Part shown: piece after piece, positions 37,515 to 50,760 of the stretch | How positions within the stretch are numbered: the stretch's first letter is position 1 | How the letters are laid out: every line of letters starts with the position of its first letter | Origin: Octopus bimaculoides | Taxonomy: Eukaryota | Assembly (NCBI RefSeq): GCF_001194135.2 | Contig: NC_068997.1 | Location: 14,081,481 to 14,145,480, forward strand | Direction of reading: 5' to 3' | DNA length: 64,000 nucleotides | Notes under the pieces: generated by a model | Databases searched by the model: none | Seen by the model: the letters and a program-made list of their open reading frames with translations, nothing else | Told to the model about the DNA's origin: nothing | Program-made: the position numbers and the translations under genes

Positions 37515-38012
37515 TTCTTTTATTCTTTTATTCTTTTATTATTTTACTTGTTTCAGTCATTTGATTGCAGCCATGCTGGAGCACCGCCTTTAGTCGGGCA
37601 AATTGACCCCCCGAGGGCTTATTCTTTGTAAGCCTAGTACTTATTTGATTGGTCTCTTTTGCCAAACCGCTAAATTACAGGGACATAAATGTACCAGTAT
37701 TGGTTGTCAAGTGATGTTGGAGGTACAAACACAGACACACAAATACACACACACACACACATACATTTCGAAATGCCAGTGTTTTAATGGTGGCAGCTGA
37801 TGAAGGATATGTTCTCTATATGGCCTGCTTGTTTTTTGTACCTTGTTTATCATTTTGTCCATGTTTTTTTTACAACATCATGTACCCAGATATGTATCTA
37901 TATGTACATGTAGATGAAGGTATGTACATATATGTACATATATATGCATATACTCATATATTGTTTATATAAATAGATAGATGGATAGATAAAACTTATT
38001 TGGAAGAGGATG

Positions 38013-38060
<48 letters not shown>

Positions 38061-38218
38061 GATGGGCTTCTTCCTGTTTCCATCTACCATATCCAATCAC
38101 CAGGCTTTGGTCTTCTCGAGATTATAGTAGAAGACACTTTCCCAAGGTGCCATGCAGTGGGACTGATCCCAGAAGCACTTAGCTGGGAAGCAAGTTTCTG
38201 AAGCACACAGCCATGCCT
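37515..38218 (-). mobile_element. Family B SINE split at its internal microsatellite by a ~300-bp insertion
   Basis: 3' half at 37515-37752 and 5' half at 38059-38218, both colinear with 19318-19712. Confidence 0.8.
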
Positions 38219-38259
38219 ATGAATGTACATGTATATTTTTAGTCTGTGTCATGCAATTT

Positions 38260-38521
38260 GTGCTTGTACCATGTAAAAAGCAATCATGTCAGGTCACATA
38301 AGGAGCGCTGGTGACGGTGCCATCTAAAAAGCACCCAGCACAAACTGTAAAGTGGTTGGCATTCGGAAGGGCATCCAACGATAGTAACTAAGCTAAATCT
38401 GACCAGAAGTTGGTTAAACTCGTCAATTAGGCAACTCTGCTTGAACCATCCAACCCATGCCGGCGGGGAAAATGGAGATTAAATGTTGATGATGAAAATA
38501 ATGATGGTGATGATGATGATG
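38260..38521 (+). mobile_element. Family A RTE-type 3' end
   Basis: taaaaagcaccc...gtggttggcattcggaagggcatcc...ccatccaacccatgcc...(gat)n. Confidence 0.75.
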
Positions 38522-38635
38522 TTTATGGATGTACATTGTAAAGTGTCAATCAAGCACACCTGTCATGAAAGCATTTGGTCCAATCATGACCATTTCCAAT
38601 GGCATGAGGCAAGATTTGAACATGGAAAATTGAAA

Positions 38636-38870
38636 AGGCAGCGAGCTGGCAGAAACGTTAGCACGCTGGGCGAAATGTTTAGCTGTATTTCGTCTACCGT
38701 TACGTTCTGAGTTCAAATTCCTCTGAGGTCAACTTTGCCTTTCATCCTTTCGAGGTCGATTAAATAAGTACCAGTTACACACTGGGGGCGATATAATCGA
38801 CTTAATCCCTTTGTCTTTCCTTGTTTGTTCCAACTGTATTTAGCCCCTTGTGGGCAATAAAGAAATAAGA
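38636..38870 (+). mobile_element. Family C tRNA-derived SINE, full length, type-1 tail
   Basis: gagctggcagaaacgttagc...gagttcaaattcc (B box)...gactttgcctttcatcctttcgaggtcgattaaataagtaccag...gtgggcaataaagaaataaga. Confidence 0.85.
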
Positions 38871-39165
38871 TTTGAACATGGAATGCACAAAAATGAAACA
38901 GACGTACTGCAAAGAACAAACATCTTCTTAAATGCCTTAAAAATTTTGCCAATCCACCAATCTGAACTGTTAAATAGTGGAGCAGGAAGGGGTGAAACAT
39001 GATGTTGGCTTCAATGAGATTTGAACTTGAAATACAGAGCATTAGAACAAATAAATCAAAACATTCAACCATATGCTCTAATAAATAGGCCAATTTACTG
39101 CATAAATATGCATATTAATACATACATATGCACCTTATACTCACCAGCATATATACATACATGCA

Positions 39166-39209
<44 letters not shown>

Positions 39210-39924
39210 NNNNNNNNNNNNNNNNNNNNNNNNNNNNNNNNNNNNNNNNNNNNNNNNNNNNNNNNNNNNNNNNNNNNNNNNNNNNNNNNNNNNNNNNNNN
39301 NNNNNNNNNNNNNNNNNNNNNNNNNNNNNNNNNNNNNNNNNNNNNNNNNNNNNNNNNNNNNNNNNNNNNNNNNNNNNNNNNNNNNNNNNNNNNNNNNNNN
39401 NNNNNNNNNNNNNNNNNNNNNNNNNNNNNNNNNNNNNNNNNNNNNNNNNNNNNNNNNNNNNNNNNNNNNNNNNNNNNNNNNNNNNNNNNNNNNNNNNNNN
39501 NNNNNNNNNNNNNNNNNNNNNNNNNNNNNNNNNNNNNNNNNNNNNNNNNNNNNNNNNNNNNNNNNNNNNNNNNNNNNNNNNNNNNNNNNNNNNNNNNNNN
39601 NNNNNNNNNNNNNNNNNNNNNNNNNNNNNNNNNNNNNNNNNNNNNNNNNNNNNNNNNNNNNNNNNNNNNNNNNNNNNNNNNNNNNNCCCCCCCCATCCCA
39701 TGCCCCCACCACCATCATCATCATCTGTAATTGCACCTATATCTATATACACTTTAGCTTGCTTATATTTTTAAATTAATACATTAACCTCATCCTCAAC
39801 ATCATTATCATCATCATTGTCATAACCGTAGAATTTACACTGCCATCATTTCTTGTCGATATCTGAACTTTTACGAAAGCTATTTAAGGTTCGATTTCCC
39901 TTGGCATCTTTTGCTTTACAATTA

Positions 39925-40095
39925 AAATAATAATAATAATAATAATAATGGTAATAATAATAATAATAATAATAGTAATAATGATAATAATAATAATAAT
40001 AATAATGATGATGATGATGATAATAATAATAAATATGTGATAAAGAGAAAATAATAATAATAAAGATCATTGATGATGGTGATGATGATGATATC
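39925..40095. repeat. (AAT)n/(GAT)n compound microsatellite
   Basis: Direct reading. Confidence 0.9.
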
Positions 40096-40249
40096 GATTA
40101 TTATAATTGTGAATTAAAGTTATCAATATTATTATTTATGACTTTGTTATTTGCCACATGAGCGACAAAGATACAATAATATAATTACAATGCGATTATA
40201 AATTATATCTAATAAAGTATTACAACACTAAATAAAGTACCACCTTATA

Positions 40250-40253
40250 TGAT

Positions 40254-40289
<36 letters not shown>

Positions 40290-40640
40290 GAGACAGAGAT
40301 AGCTAGATAAATAGATAGGTAGGTAGGTAGGTAAGTATGTGGATAGATGGATGGATCGATCGATAATGGATGGGTGGATAGATAGATAGACAGAGAGAGA
40401 GAGAGACAGATAGACTGACAGAGACAGATAGATGCAGAGAGAGGTAGACAGAAAGATGGTTGGATAGTGGAATGGATGGATGGTTAGACAGAAAAACAGC
40501 GAAAGAGACAGCGATAGACAGTGAGAGAGATAGCTAGCTAGAAAGATGGAAAGATAGATAGATAGATAGGCAAAGAGATAGAGCACTATAAAACATTTAA
40601 AGAGAGAGAGAGAAAGGAGATAGAGAGAGAGACAAACAGA
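40250..40640. repeat. (GATA)n/(GGAT)n/(GACA)n compound satellite
   Basis: Direct reading. Confidence 0.85.
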
Positions 40641-41009
40641 GATGGAGGTACAGTTATGACTGTGTAGTTAAGAGGTTAACCACAGTCATAACTGTTCATG
40701 TCTTAACCATATTCTTTTCTATGCTAGTCACAAGGCCCAAATTTTTTGTGGAGGGGGACCAGTCGATTAGATTGACCCCAGTAAGCAACTGGTACTTAAT
40801 TTATCGACTGCAACAGGAACAGATTGATAGCCAGAAATGTTTTCACTGAAGATTGCACACAAACAACACCATATTTAATGCATGTATACCTGCATATATA
40901 TGTATTTATACATACATATACATACATATTAATTTATTCAGTTATTAGACCATGGTCATGCAAGGGCAACGCTTTCAAGAATATTTGAATCAGTTTTATT
41001 GCCTTCTTG

Positions 41010-41455
41010 TAACAATAGAGTCAGTCTTTTATATGGAGCAACAACCTGGATGCTTACCAAGAAACTGGAATCCAAGCTAGATAGAACTTACACCTGAATG
41101 CTAAGAGCACTCTTAAACATATTTTGGAGAAGACATTCCACCAAGAAACAGCCGTATGGAGCTCTTCTGCATGTTTCCACCATTATAAGTGAAAGGTGCT
41201 TGCATTTTGTGAGACATTGCGGGCAAGCTAAAGATGAGCTGGCAAGTGGCTTACTACTATAGATGCCATAGCATGGCCGTACTCAAGCTGGTCATCCAAA
41301 CACAATGTATGTCAATCAATTCACCAGACACACTGGATGTCTACCCAATGACCTCCCTCAACAAATGCTAAACTGAGATGGATGGCATGTGTGGGTTAGA
41401 AATATCTGAACAAGCTCAATCAGATGATGAGGATATTGGCAGCCGTGCATTGTGT
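41010..41455 (+). pseudogene. RTE-clade LINE C-terminal domain fossil ending in a gat-rich tail
   Basis: TIESV-LYGATTWMLTKKLESKLDRTYT*MLRALLNIFW...SERCLHFVRHC...LLL*MP*HGR..AGHP..MYVNQF..HTG....DL...MLN*DGW. This matches the RTE pattern LLYG.ETW...LD....RMLR...RLRF.GH....GRP..TY. Confidence 0.85.
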
Positions 41456-41610
41456 GAGGTACAAATCTTATTCAGATATGGAGAAAAGAAAGAAAAGGAA
41501 AATTGCCCTGGGAAAGGTTTGAACTCAGTATTGAAGTAACCCAACACAATAACATATCTGTCCCCTCCTCTACTGATTTTGCTAATCCAGCAAGTGAAAA
41601 TGAAATATAC

Positions 41611-41661
<51 letters not shown>

Positions 41662-42484
41662 TATATATATATANNNNNNNNNNNNNNNNNNNNNNNNNNN
41701 NNNNNNNNNNNNNNNNNNNNNNNNNNNNNNNNNNNNNNNNNNNNNNNNNNNNNNNNNNNNNNNNNNNNNNNNNNNNNNNNNNNNNNNNNNNNNNNNNNNN
41801 NNNNNNNNNNNNNNNNNNNNNNNNNNNNNNNNNNNNNNNNNNNNNNNNNNNNNNNNNNNNNNNNNNNNNNNNNNNNNNNNNNNNNNNNNNNNNNNNNNNN
41901 NNNNNNNNNNNNNNNNNNNNNNNNNNNNNNNNNNNNNNNNNNNNNNNNNNNNNNNNNNNNNNNNNNNNNNNNNNNNNNNNNNNNNNNNNNNNNNNNNNNN
42001 NNNNNNNNNNNNNNNNNNNNNNNNNNNNNNNNNNNNNNNNNNNNNNNNNNNNNNNNNNNNNNNNNNNNNNNNNNNNNNNNNNNNNNNNNNNNNNNNNNNN
42101 NNNAAAAAAAATCAAGAACAGGTAATCCAGGTTTATGGATATTACAAGGATGACATTTCTGTTGAATATTGTCAAACCAAGCTTTTGGCATGTGTGAATG
42201 AGTGTGTACTGGTATATGTATGAGTATCCATGAGCGATTGACGCTTTTTTGTTTTTTTTTGTATGTGTGACAGTGTGTGTATGTGTGTGAGCATGTTGTG
42301 TTTTAAGAGTGAAGGACATTTCTTAGACAAAATTATTAGCATGGAAGCAGAAATGTCTTTAATTTTTTCTATCAAGACAGTGAAACCAAGAAAATTCTTT
42401 TCCCCCAACCTCATCAAATAAAAGTAATAATAATAATAATAATAGTAATAATAATAATAAAATTAACGATGATAATAATAATAA

Positions 42485-42515
<31 letters not shown>

Positions 42516-42841
42516 AAATTATGGAAAATTAAACAAAGAACAGCTCTAATACAGTTGCTGGTTTCACAGGAATAACATGATATGAAATGAAATTAATATT
42601 GGGAATAAATTCAAGTATAATTTTCTTTTTTCACTGGTAGGGATACCTAGTAAAGCATATATATGATGGATGTATGTATGCATGTTTGCATACACATACA
42701 CGATTCTGCCTGGTTTATTTTTATTTCTACTATTTTTTGCTTTCTCGTTAACGCTTTTTCTCCCTTTGTGTTTATGTGAGCATCCAGGTATACACATATA
42801 CAAACACATACATACATACATATAGCTATATATCCATACAC

Positions 42842-42900
<59 letters not shown>

Positions 42901-43106
42901 TATATATATATATAGATAGATAGATAGATAGATATATGCACACACATACACACAGACACACTCACACATGCATCTAGGGATGTTAGATATGTATACGCAC
43001 ACACATATAGACATTCATATATATATATAATAATATATATAGATACACGCACACACATATATATATATACATATGTGCATACATATAGATATACATTGAT
43101 ACAAAC

Positions 43107-43143
<37 letters not shown>

Positions 43144-43765
43144 CATATATATACACACACAAACACACACACACACACATATATATATATACATTTATAT
43201 ACATCGATACAAACACACACACCCACATATGTAACATCTCTCTCTCACACATTGAACATTATGAACAATAAAAACAAAAGAAAAATAAGAAATTATAATC
43301 AAAATCAGAAAAAAATGACATAAAAAAATTAAATATGATAAAATAAATAAATCAGGAACAATCAACAAAAATAAAAAAAAAATTAAGCATTAATACAATA
43401 AATGCCTCCATTTCTTGAACAATAACTATATAAGGGTGGAGAATATAAGAAACAAACATACCCATATACAGATAAACTTTTGTATGTAAATGTGTGCATA
43501 TGTGTGTGTGTGTGTGTTTGTGTGAGTGTAGGTATGAGTTACAAAATAAATGTGTATGTAAAAAAGTCATCAACTATAGACTTCCATTTTTGTGTTTATT
43601 TTTTACAGTTAGATTTATTTATATGTATAGACCAACATATTCATATGTATTTATATTTATATGTGACTACACATGCAAATAATTACGCATATAGAAAAAA
43701 TAAGCGCACTGATATGTGTGTGTATATATATATAGGCACATATACACAATATACAAACATAAATG

Positions 43766-43816
<51 letters not shown>

Positions 43817-43881
43817 TCATGTACATTTGTGTGTTCTAATATGCATCTATTTATATACATATGAATGAATAAATGCATGTA

Positions 43882-43913
<32 letters not shown>

Positions 43914-45081
43914 CATATATATAATGTGAAAATCTAAAAGGCCTCAACAAACATAACACATGTATACATTTATAGGTATATTTTGGTGCTTGGCATGTAA
44001 ATATATTTCTAAGTATGTGTGTGTTTTAGTGTAAACACACGCATACATACACATGCATTTATATATAAATACATACATATATACGTGTGTGTGTGTGTGT
44101 ATGTAACAAAAATGAGCAAAGACCAAAGGGAGAGAGCGGGGAGAATAAAGAGGGGAGAGAGAGAAATTGACTGACAAAGATTGGAGGGGGTAAACAAATA
44201 TGGAAAAATAGTTGGAGGTGAAGGCAATAATGGATCTGAGACAAGAGATGTAAATAGCTAGAAAGAATTCAACAAGTTCAATGGAAAGAGAATGAACTCA
44301 ATGTAAGGATAATAAAGAGGAAAAGAGGAACAAAGAATGAAAGAGTGGATTAAAGATAGGCTATTGCAAATGTGAGTGAGAGAGAGAGAGAGAGATAAAG
44401 TGTGACGATCATAGAGGGTGGGAGGATTAGCATTTAGAGGATAAGTTAGTGGCAGAGGCAAAGGTGGGGGGAGCTAGAGAAAGAAATAATGTGTTAGGTG
44501 AAACAAAATATGGCAATGAAGTGTGAATTGTAAATGTTTCTATATTTTTACTTTAATACCATTCTAGAGGAATTGCATGTCACACAATGAATTTGGTAAC
44601 ATCATATATATATATATTTTTTTATATAAGTTATTATTTTTTTAATTTTTATTTATGCAGTTGATTTTTGTTGTGTGTAATTTCATTGCTGTGAGAAGAG
44701 TGTGTTTATTAATAACAATCGATGATTTCAGTTGATGAAAAAAAAAAAAATGGTTTTCAGTAAGAAGAAGCAGAAAAGAGAGGATTAGGGGGTGGGGGAA
44801 GAAATGAGAGAAATAGAAACATAGAAAAAGAGAAATAATGGCAAGAATGAAGATAAAAACGTTATTTACTGGAAACAAGAACAATTCTTAATAATATACA
44901 CACATTTATATTTTCTTACATAGGTTCATGCATGTATACATTCATAAGTACAGTGGCTACATGCTTAAGCAATTTACTTCACAACTATGTGGTTTTATGT
45001 TCAATCCCTTTGCTTGGCAACTTGAGCTGGTGAATGTGAATTTTGGTAATAACAGATTTGCACAGAAATCTGTCATGTATA

Positions 45082-45309
45082 TACTAGGGGGTGCCAAAAA
45101 GTTCTTGTTTTTTTTTAAGGGTAACACAAAAGGTCTGGATGGAGGCCCAAAATTTTGAGTTCTTTTACAGATCCTAAAAAAGTCTGAAGGACCACTGCAA
45201 ATAGTGTATGAATCTGAGAGGGCAATATGTTAAATAAAACCATAATTAATTGATCCTCCTGCATTTTCTTTTACCTAAAACCAAAAAATTTTCAGTACCC
45301 ATTCCCGTA
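45082..45309 (+). mobile_element. Mariner-derived MITE retaining the transposase C-terminus
   Basis: Ends ta-ctagggggtgccaaaaagttc and aattttcagtacccattcccg-ta; internal KSLKDHCK*CMNLRGQYVK* corresponds to the mariner C-terminal L..RW.KC....G.YVE. Confidence 0.75.
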
Positions 45310-45454
45310 TGTATGTGTGACTCAAAATTTTTTTTTGCATTGGCACAGCATGGAAAGCAGTGACATGTGGTTATATCTTACAGGTTCTGTACTATAAGAT
45401 GCTAACACTAGAAACACACCTTCACTGAAAATTATATTTTGAAAAATACTGAAA

Positions 45455-45880
45455 AACATAACTCAGCTTCCCCAAAGCCTCTGACAACATTAATGTGTGA
45501 CAAACTGTGTGACCTTGGTATCACTGGAAAACTAAAGGTAAGACTCCAAGACTTTTTATTAAAAGGTTGGAATCAGGCACTTGCAGGCAATGGTGCACTA
45601 TATGAGATATAAATTCTAAGTGGAGTCCCTCGTAGAACTACACTAGGACAGCTTCTGTTCATGGTTGCTGTCTCAGACAATGCCCTCGATTATATGGTCA
45701 ACCACTCTCACCAGCTATGCTGACAATACAAGAGTATCACAAACCAAGGACTCTAGTTATGTCTCAAAAGTAGAGAAAGACCTGAAAGCAATATTAATGT
45801 GGCTGAAACAAACTACATGCTATTCAATGCTAAAAAAATTATAAGCACTCCACTATTGGCCCTCAAGAAGATTATAGTCA
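45455..45880 (+). pseudogene. CR1/L2/Jockey-group reverse transcriptase fossil
   Basis: KLCDLGITGKL...DFL...NQAL.GNGAL...ILSGVPRRTTLGQLLF (45619), then SYADNT (45716)...DLKAILMW, corresponding to SGVPQG..LGPLLF and YADD motifs, with frameshifts. Confidence 0.8.
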
Positions 45881-46494
45881 GAATACACAAAACCAACAAT
45901 TGTTGCAATCTCAGAGTCCCTGTTGGTGTGTGACTTGAGAATCCATGTGAGCAATAAAGCTTCATTTTCTGTCCATATTACTAAAATTGCAACAATGTGC
46001 AACTGGCTCATTGGATTCTGAGATTATTTAAAACAAAAACAGAGGAATTTTATATTATTTCATCATTTTAATCTTATTTTGTTCCAAGTAAATAAACTGA
46101 TTCAATTTAACTCTAGTCAGGTTCCACATAAATCAGGAAATGTGTTCCTTGCTGATTTCTTTTCCGGAACAAAAGTTTAAACTTAGCTTGGAATGATCAG
46201 AGATGTCTGTCAGTGAGGAGGCAAAAGTAAGTTGAAACACTGGTGACTGATTGTTCGCTGACATCACTTTGCGTAGGCTGTTTGTAAGGGAGGTTTCTTC
46301 ATGATAAAATATTACAGCTAACACTGTTCTATGTTCATATGTATCATTATTTTACATTTATTGTACATAAATATCTGTGTATAGACACATACATTTACAT
46401 ATTCCTACATATACATATATAATCTATATAATCAAGTACATACATACAGTGTTGTACACATGCACACACATAAATATATGTGCATATGTATATG

Positions 46495-46539
<45 letters not shown>

Positions 46540-48129
46540 NNNNNNNNNNNNNNNNNNNNNNNNNNNNNNNNNNNNNNNNNNNNNNNNNNNNNNNNNNNNN
46601 NNNNNNNNNNNNNNNNNNNNNNNNNNNNNNNNNNNNNNNNNNNNNNNNNNNNNNNNNNNNNNNNNNNNNNNNNNNNNNNNNNNNNNNNNNNNNNNNNNNN
46701 NNNNNNNNNNNNNNNNNNNNNNNNNNNNNNNNNNNNNNNNNNNNNNNNNNNNNNNNNNNNNNNNNNNNNNNNNNNNNNNNNNNNNNNNNNNNNNNNNNNN
46801 NNNNNNNNNNNNNNNNNNNNNNNNNNNNNNNNNNNNNNNNNNNNNNNNNNNNNNNNNNNNNNNNNNNNNNNNNNNNNNNNNNNNNNNNNNNNNNNNNNNN
46901 NNNNNNNNNNNNNNNNNNNNNNNNNNNNNNNNNNNNNNNNNNNNNNNNNNNNNNNNNNNNNNNNNNNNNNNNNNNNNNNNNNNNNNNNNNNNNNNNNNNN
47001 NNNNNNNNNNNNNNNNNNNNNNNNNNNNNNNNNNNNNNNNNNNNNNNNNTCTAAAAGGTCCAGATTAAGAGTTTATGAACCTAAAATATTCGCGGCTTCA
47101 TTCCATTTCCCCTCCCTCCCTCCGCTTGCCAACATTTTCCGCATGAATACTCAACTGAAATACCATTTAGTATTTGCAAAGAGCCACTTGCATTTTCTAC
47201 TGATACATTAGTTCTACCTGCATTAATCCAACACAGCACTATATTTTCCGCACAAATGCATCTTTGAGATGCAACGTGTACATCTTAAAATGATAGGAGA
47301 AATTCCCTTGAAAAATATATATATATATATAAGGAAGAATACATGTGTATACATGTGTGTGTGTGTGTGTGGTGTGTGTGCCCAAAAATGTACGTATGAC
47401 AGATATAGATATATATATATATGTGCACATATAGATACATACAAGCGCTCACACATGCATGGGCATAGACACACACAAGCATGAGCACACACATGCACAC
47501 ACATACATACACATATATATATATATAAGATTTCACAAAACTTGACAAGTTCATGTATAAGTTCTTGTAAACCTCTATGATTACACACACACACATATAT
47601 ATATATATACATACACATATATGCCTTTATACAGAGATTTATATATATATGCTGATATGCATGTGTTTATATGCATACATATATATATAAGCACATATAT
47701 GCTTATATGAATATATAGGCATATATATTCATATATATACATATATATTCATATATATACATATATATATCATTATCATCATTTTTATATCTGCTTTCCA
47801 TGGTGGTATAAGTTGTACCTTAAGACAGGATCCAATCTTTTCGAGGACTATGTCTTGCTCCAAGTTTACCGTTTTGACCATGGTCTCCATAGCTTGATGC
47901 ACATTTTAATGCCGACCACTTTACATCACTAGTGCTGGCTTTTATTATGGCACCAGCACTAGTGATGTTGCCTTATTATGCACAAGACTAAAACAGCCTC
48001 CTTCTATGAAAGGGAGAACATTTTGTGAGATTTGGGGAGGTTTATTTATGATAACAAGAGCAGGGAGAATACTAAAAGTAAACTCAACCACTCTCAAAAA
48101 TTAAGTAAAAAAAAAAAAGAAAAATAATT

Positions 48130-48312
48130 CAGAATCCTTGTCTGGTACTGGATCGATCCCAAAATCTAGTCAGTTCATGCCAGTCGTGAGGCCAAACATC
48201 TCTGAAAGTTTTATCAGAATTCTTCCAGCAGTTCTTGAGATATCTTGTCCATGGACAAACCAACAAACAGGACAAAAAACAATACCTCTGCCTTCGCAAA
48301 GGCACAGGTAAT
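48130..48312 (+). mobile_element. Putative non-autonomous Helentron/HINE-like element 3' portion
   Basis: tcttgagatatcttgtccatggacaaac(caa)-rich stretch ending in hairpin tacct-c-tgcctt cgca aaggca-c-aggta followed by at; architecture recalled from HINE/DINE-1-like repeats. Confidence 0.45.
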
Positions 48313-48477
48313 AGTGACGAGGATGATATGCTGACTGCTAGATACTCTTCCTTTACACATGTTTCTGCCTTTGCATAACACATCTGGTAATACATTGTAA
48401 ATTCCATTGTTTTGCCTTCATATATTGGTATTCTTTCTCCCTGTCTCTGACTTCCACTCCCTACACACACAGTACAC

Positions 48478-48536
<59 letters not shown>

Positions 48537-49264
48537 AACATAATACACATCTTGCAAGCATGTATTCATATCTACATAAATTATACCAAAAAAAAAATCA
48601 GTCATAAAAATTAGATTCAAATCTACCTATCTTATAAAAGTTCTTCTATATACGTAAATGTATGCACTTGTGTGTTAGTGCGTGTGTGTGTGTACACATA
48701 TGTGTGCAAGTGTGTTTGTGTGTGTGTGTGTATGTGCACGTGCATGCATGTGTGTATGTTCATATGTAAATATACATACATTCACATACAGAGAGAGAAA
48801 ACAAAGAATTGACTTATCTGAAATATGCAGGGTCTAATTTTTTTGTTTTTTTTTCCCCCTAATTTTCAATTTTTTATTTTTCTTGGCAATGATTTTTATT
48901 CAAGTCCATTTACTTGTTTATGCATTTTGCTAGCAGGCATGTAGTTAATTTCTTACACCCACGCCTATTCACGCACATGTATATAATATACATATACATA
49001 TATAATCCCTCACATGTATAGAAATAAGAAATAAGTTCAAACATCTATAGTCTTCATAAATATTAATAATGAAGCAAAATTTCCAGAATTAGTTATAGAA
49101 ATTAATGGGAATTCTTTCTCAAAACATATCGTATAAATTCTTGGATGTATAACTTTTTGCAAACATACATACAAACATTGAACAACGACACACATATACA
49201 TGCAAATATACATGTGCATATATATATATATATATATATACACGCATATATACATATATAGATT

Positions 49265-49638
49265 GTTGGCACGTCGTTACTTACGATGTCGAGGGTTCCA
49301 GTTGATCTGATCAACAGAACAGCCTGCTCGTGAAATTAATGTGCAAGTGGCTGAGCACTCCACAGACATGTGTACCATTAACATAGTTCTCGGGGATATT
49401 CAGTGTGACAAGGCTGGCTTTTTGAATTACAGGCACAACAGAAACAGGAAGTAAGAGTGAGAGAAAGTTGTGGTGAAAGAGTACAGCAGGGTTCGCCACC
49501 ATCCCCTGCTGGAGCCTTGTGGAGATTTTAGGTGTTTTTTCGCTCAATAAACACTCACAACGCCCAGTCTGGGAATTGAAACCGTGATCCTATGACTATG
49601 AGTTCACTGCCCTAACCATTGGGCCATTGCGCCTCCAC
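49265..49638 (-). mobile_element. Family D SINE, full length
   Basis: Reverse complement aligns with 32968-33350. Confidence 0.85.
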
Positions 49639-49830
49639 ACATATTATAGATAGATAGATAGATATACACTTACATACACACACAAATATACATATACATT
49701 GAGAGAACAAGTGAGAGGAGAAAGGGAATAAGTGAGAGGAGAAGAAGAAGGGAAATTGGCTGTGGCAGCAGTTGATCTTCCTATTGAACCAAGAAACCTG
49801 TTTCCATTGGTCCTATAATGGCTGATATTA

Positions 49831-49980
49831 CCACTCTATGGGGTGGTTGGTGTTAGGAAAAGCATTCAGCCATAAAAATCATGCCAAAACAGACACAGTA
49901 GCCTGGTGTAGACTTCTACCTCACCTGTCAAACCATCCACCCTACGCATGCATGGGAGAGGGACGTTAAATGATGATGAT
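49831..49980 (+). mobile_element. Family A RTE-type 3' end
   Basis: gtggttggtgttaggaaaagcattcagcc...ggacgttaaa(tga)n. Confidence 0.7.
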
Positions 49981-50007
49981 ATATATGTATGTATGTATTT
50001 ATCTATG

Positions 50008-50232
50008 TCTTTATTGCCCACAGGGGGCTAAACATAGAGGGGACAAACAAAGACAGACAAAGGGATTAAGTTGATTACATCGAACTCAGTGCATAACTGG
50101 TATTTATTTAATTGACCTCCGAAAGGATGAAAGGCAAAGTTGACCTCGGCGGAATTTGAACTCAGAACGTAACGGCAGACGAAATACCACTAGACATTTC
50201 ACCCGGCATGCTAGCATTTCTGCCAGCTCGCC
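50008..50232 (-). mobile_element. Family C SINE, full length, type-1 tail
   Basis: Reverse complement aligns with 38636-38870. Confidence 0.85.
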
Positions 50233-50241
50233 ATATGTATA

Positions 50242-50378
50242 CATCATCATCATTTAGCATCCGTTTTCCATGCTTGCATGGGTTAGATCAATTGGGACTG
50301 GTAATCAAGAGAGCTATACCAGGTTCCAGTTAGATTTGGTTTGGATTCTACAGCTGGATGCCCTTCCTAATCCCATCA
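50242..50378 (-). mobile_element. Family A RTE-type 3' end
   Basis: (cat)n, ttccatgcttgcatgggtt, ctacagctggatgcccttcctaa. Confidence 0.7.
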
Positions 50379-50499
50379 CCGTATCAACCAGACTATCAGA
50401 TGTTGTTATACATCATTGGTCACAATGCACTTTTCATTGTTTTAGCTTTCAAAGGATGCCACCCCAATGGCAAAGCAGGCAGGTCAAAATCCCACCCAC

Positions 50500-50668
50500 C
50501 TGATTGGAGGGCCAGTCTGTCACAGGGTCACCCACTTACAGCTGAGTGAACTGGAGCAACATGAAATGAAGAGTTTTGCTCAAGAACCCATGCCACTCAC
50601 TCCAGGAATTGAACCGAGGATAATCTAGCAATCGTGAGTGAAATATCTTCATCACTAGATCATACACC
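50500..50668 (-). mobile_element. Family E SINE 5' part
   Basis: cagctgagtgaactggagcaacatgaaatgaagagttttgctcaagaac...ggaattgaacc; related to ~24300-24410 and 32645-32712. Confidence 0.6.
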
Positions 50669-50760
50669 TACACACACACACACAGACACACATTCTGTGT
50701 TTTAGCAGTTTGGCTTTTATCTCTTTCATACATTTAATTCCATATCTAATTACTTCATCT

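Noticed and set aside
37765-37830. GAAA followed by CTGATGAAGG (possible permuted hammerhead); similar orphan CTGATGA at 24705 and ~52457
   Set aside because: No stem I or UH triplet consistent with a type II or III fold, and no GAAA after a stem II. These may be remnants of Penelope-like termini but are not callable as ribozymes.
31650-39930. Short unique peptide-like stretches between microsatellites (AKGGPFRFLRVKTLFRK at ~31660-31720 minus; KAKDAKGNRTLNSFRK at ~39850-39920 minus; also ~22580-22640 and ~57510-57600)
   Set aside because: No recognisable domain and no convincing paired splice sites; would need RNA-seq.
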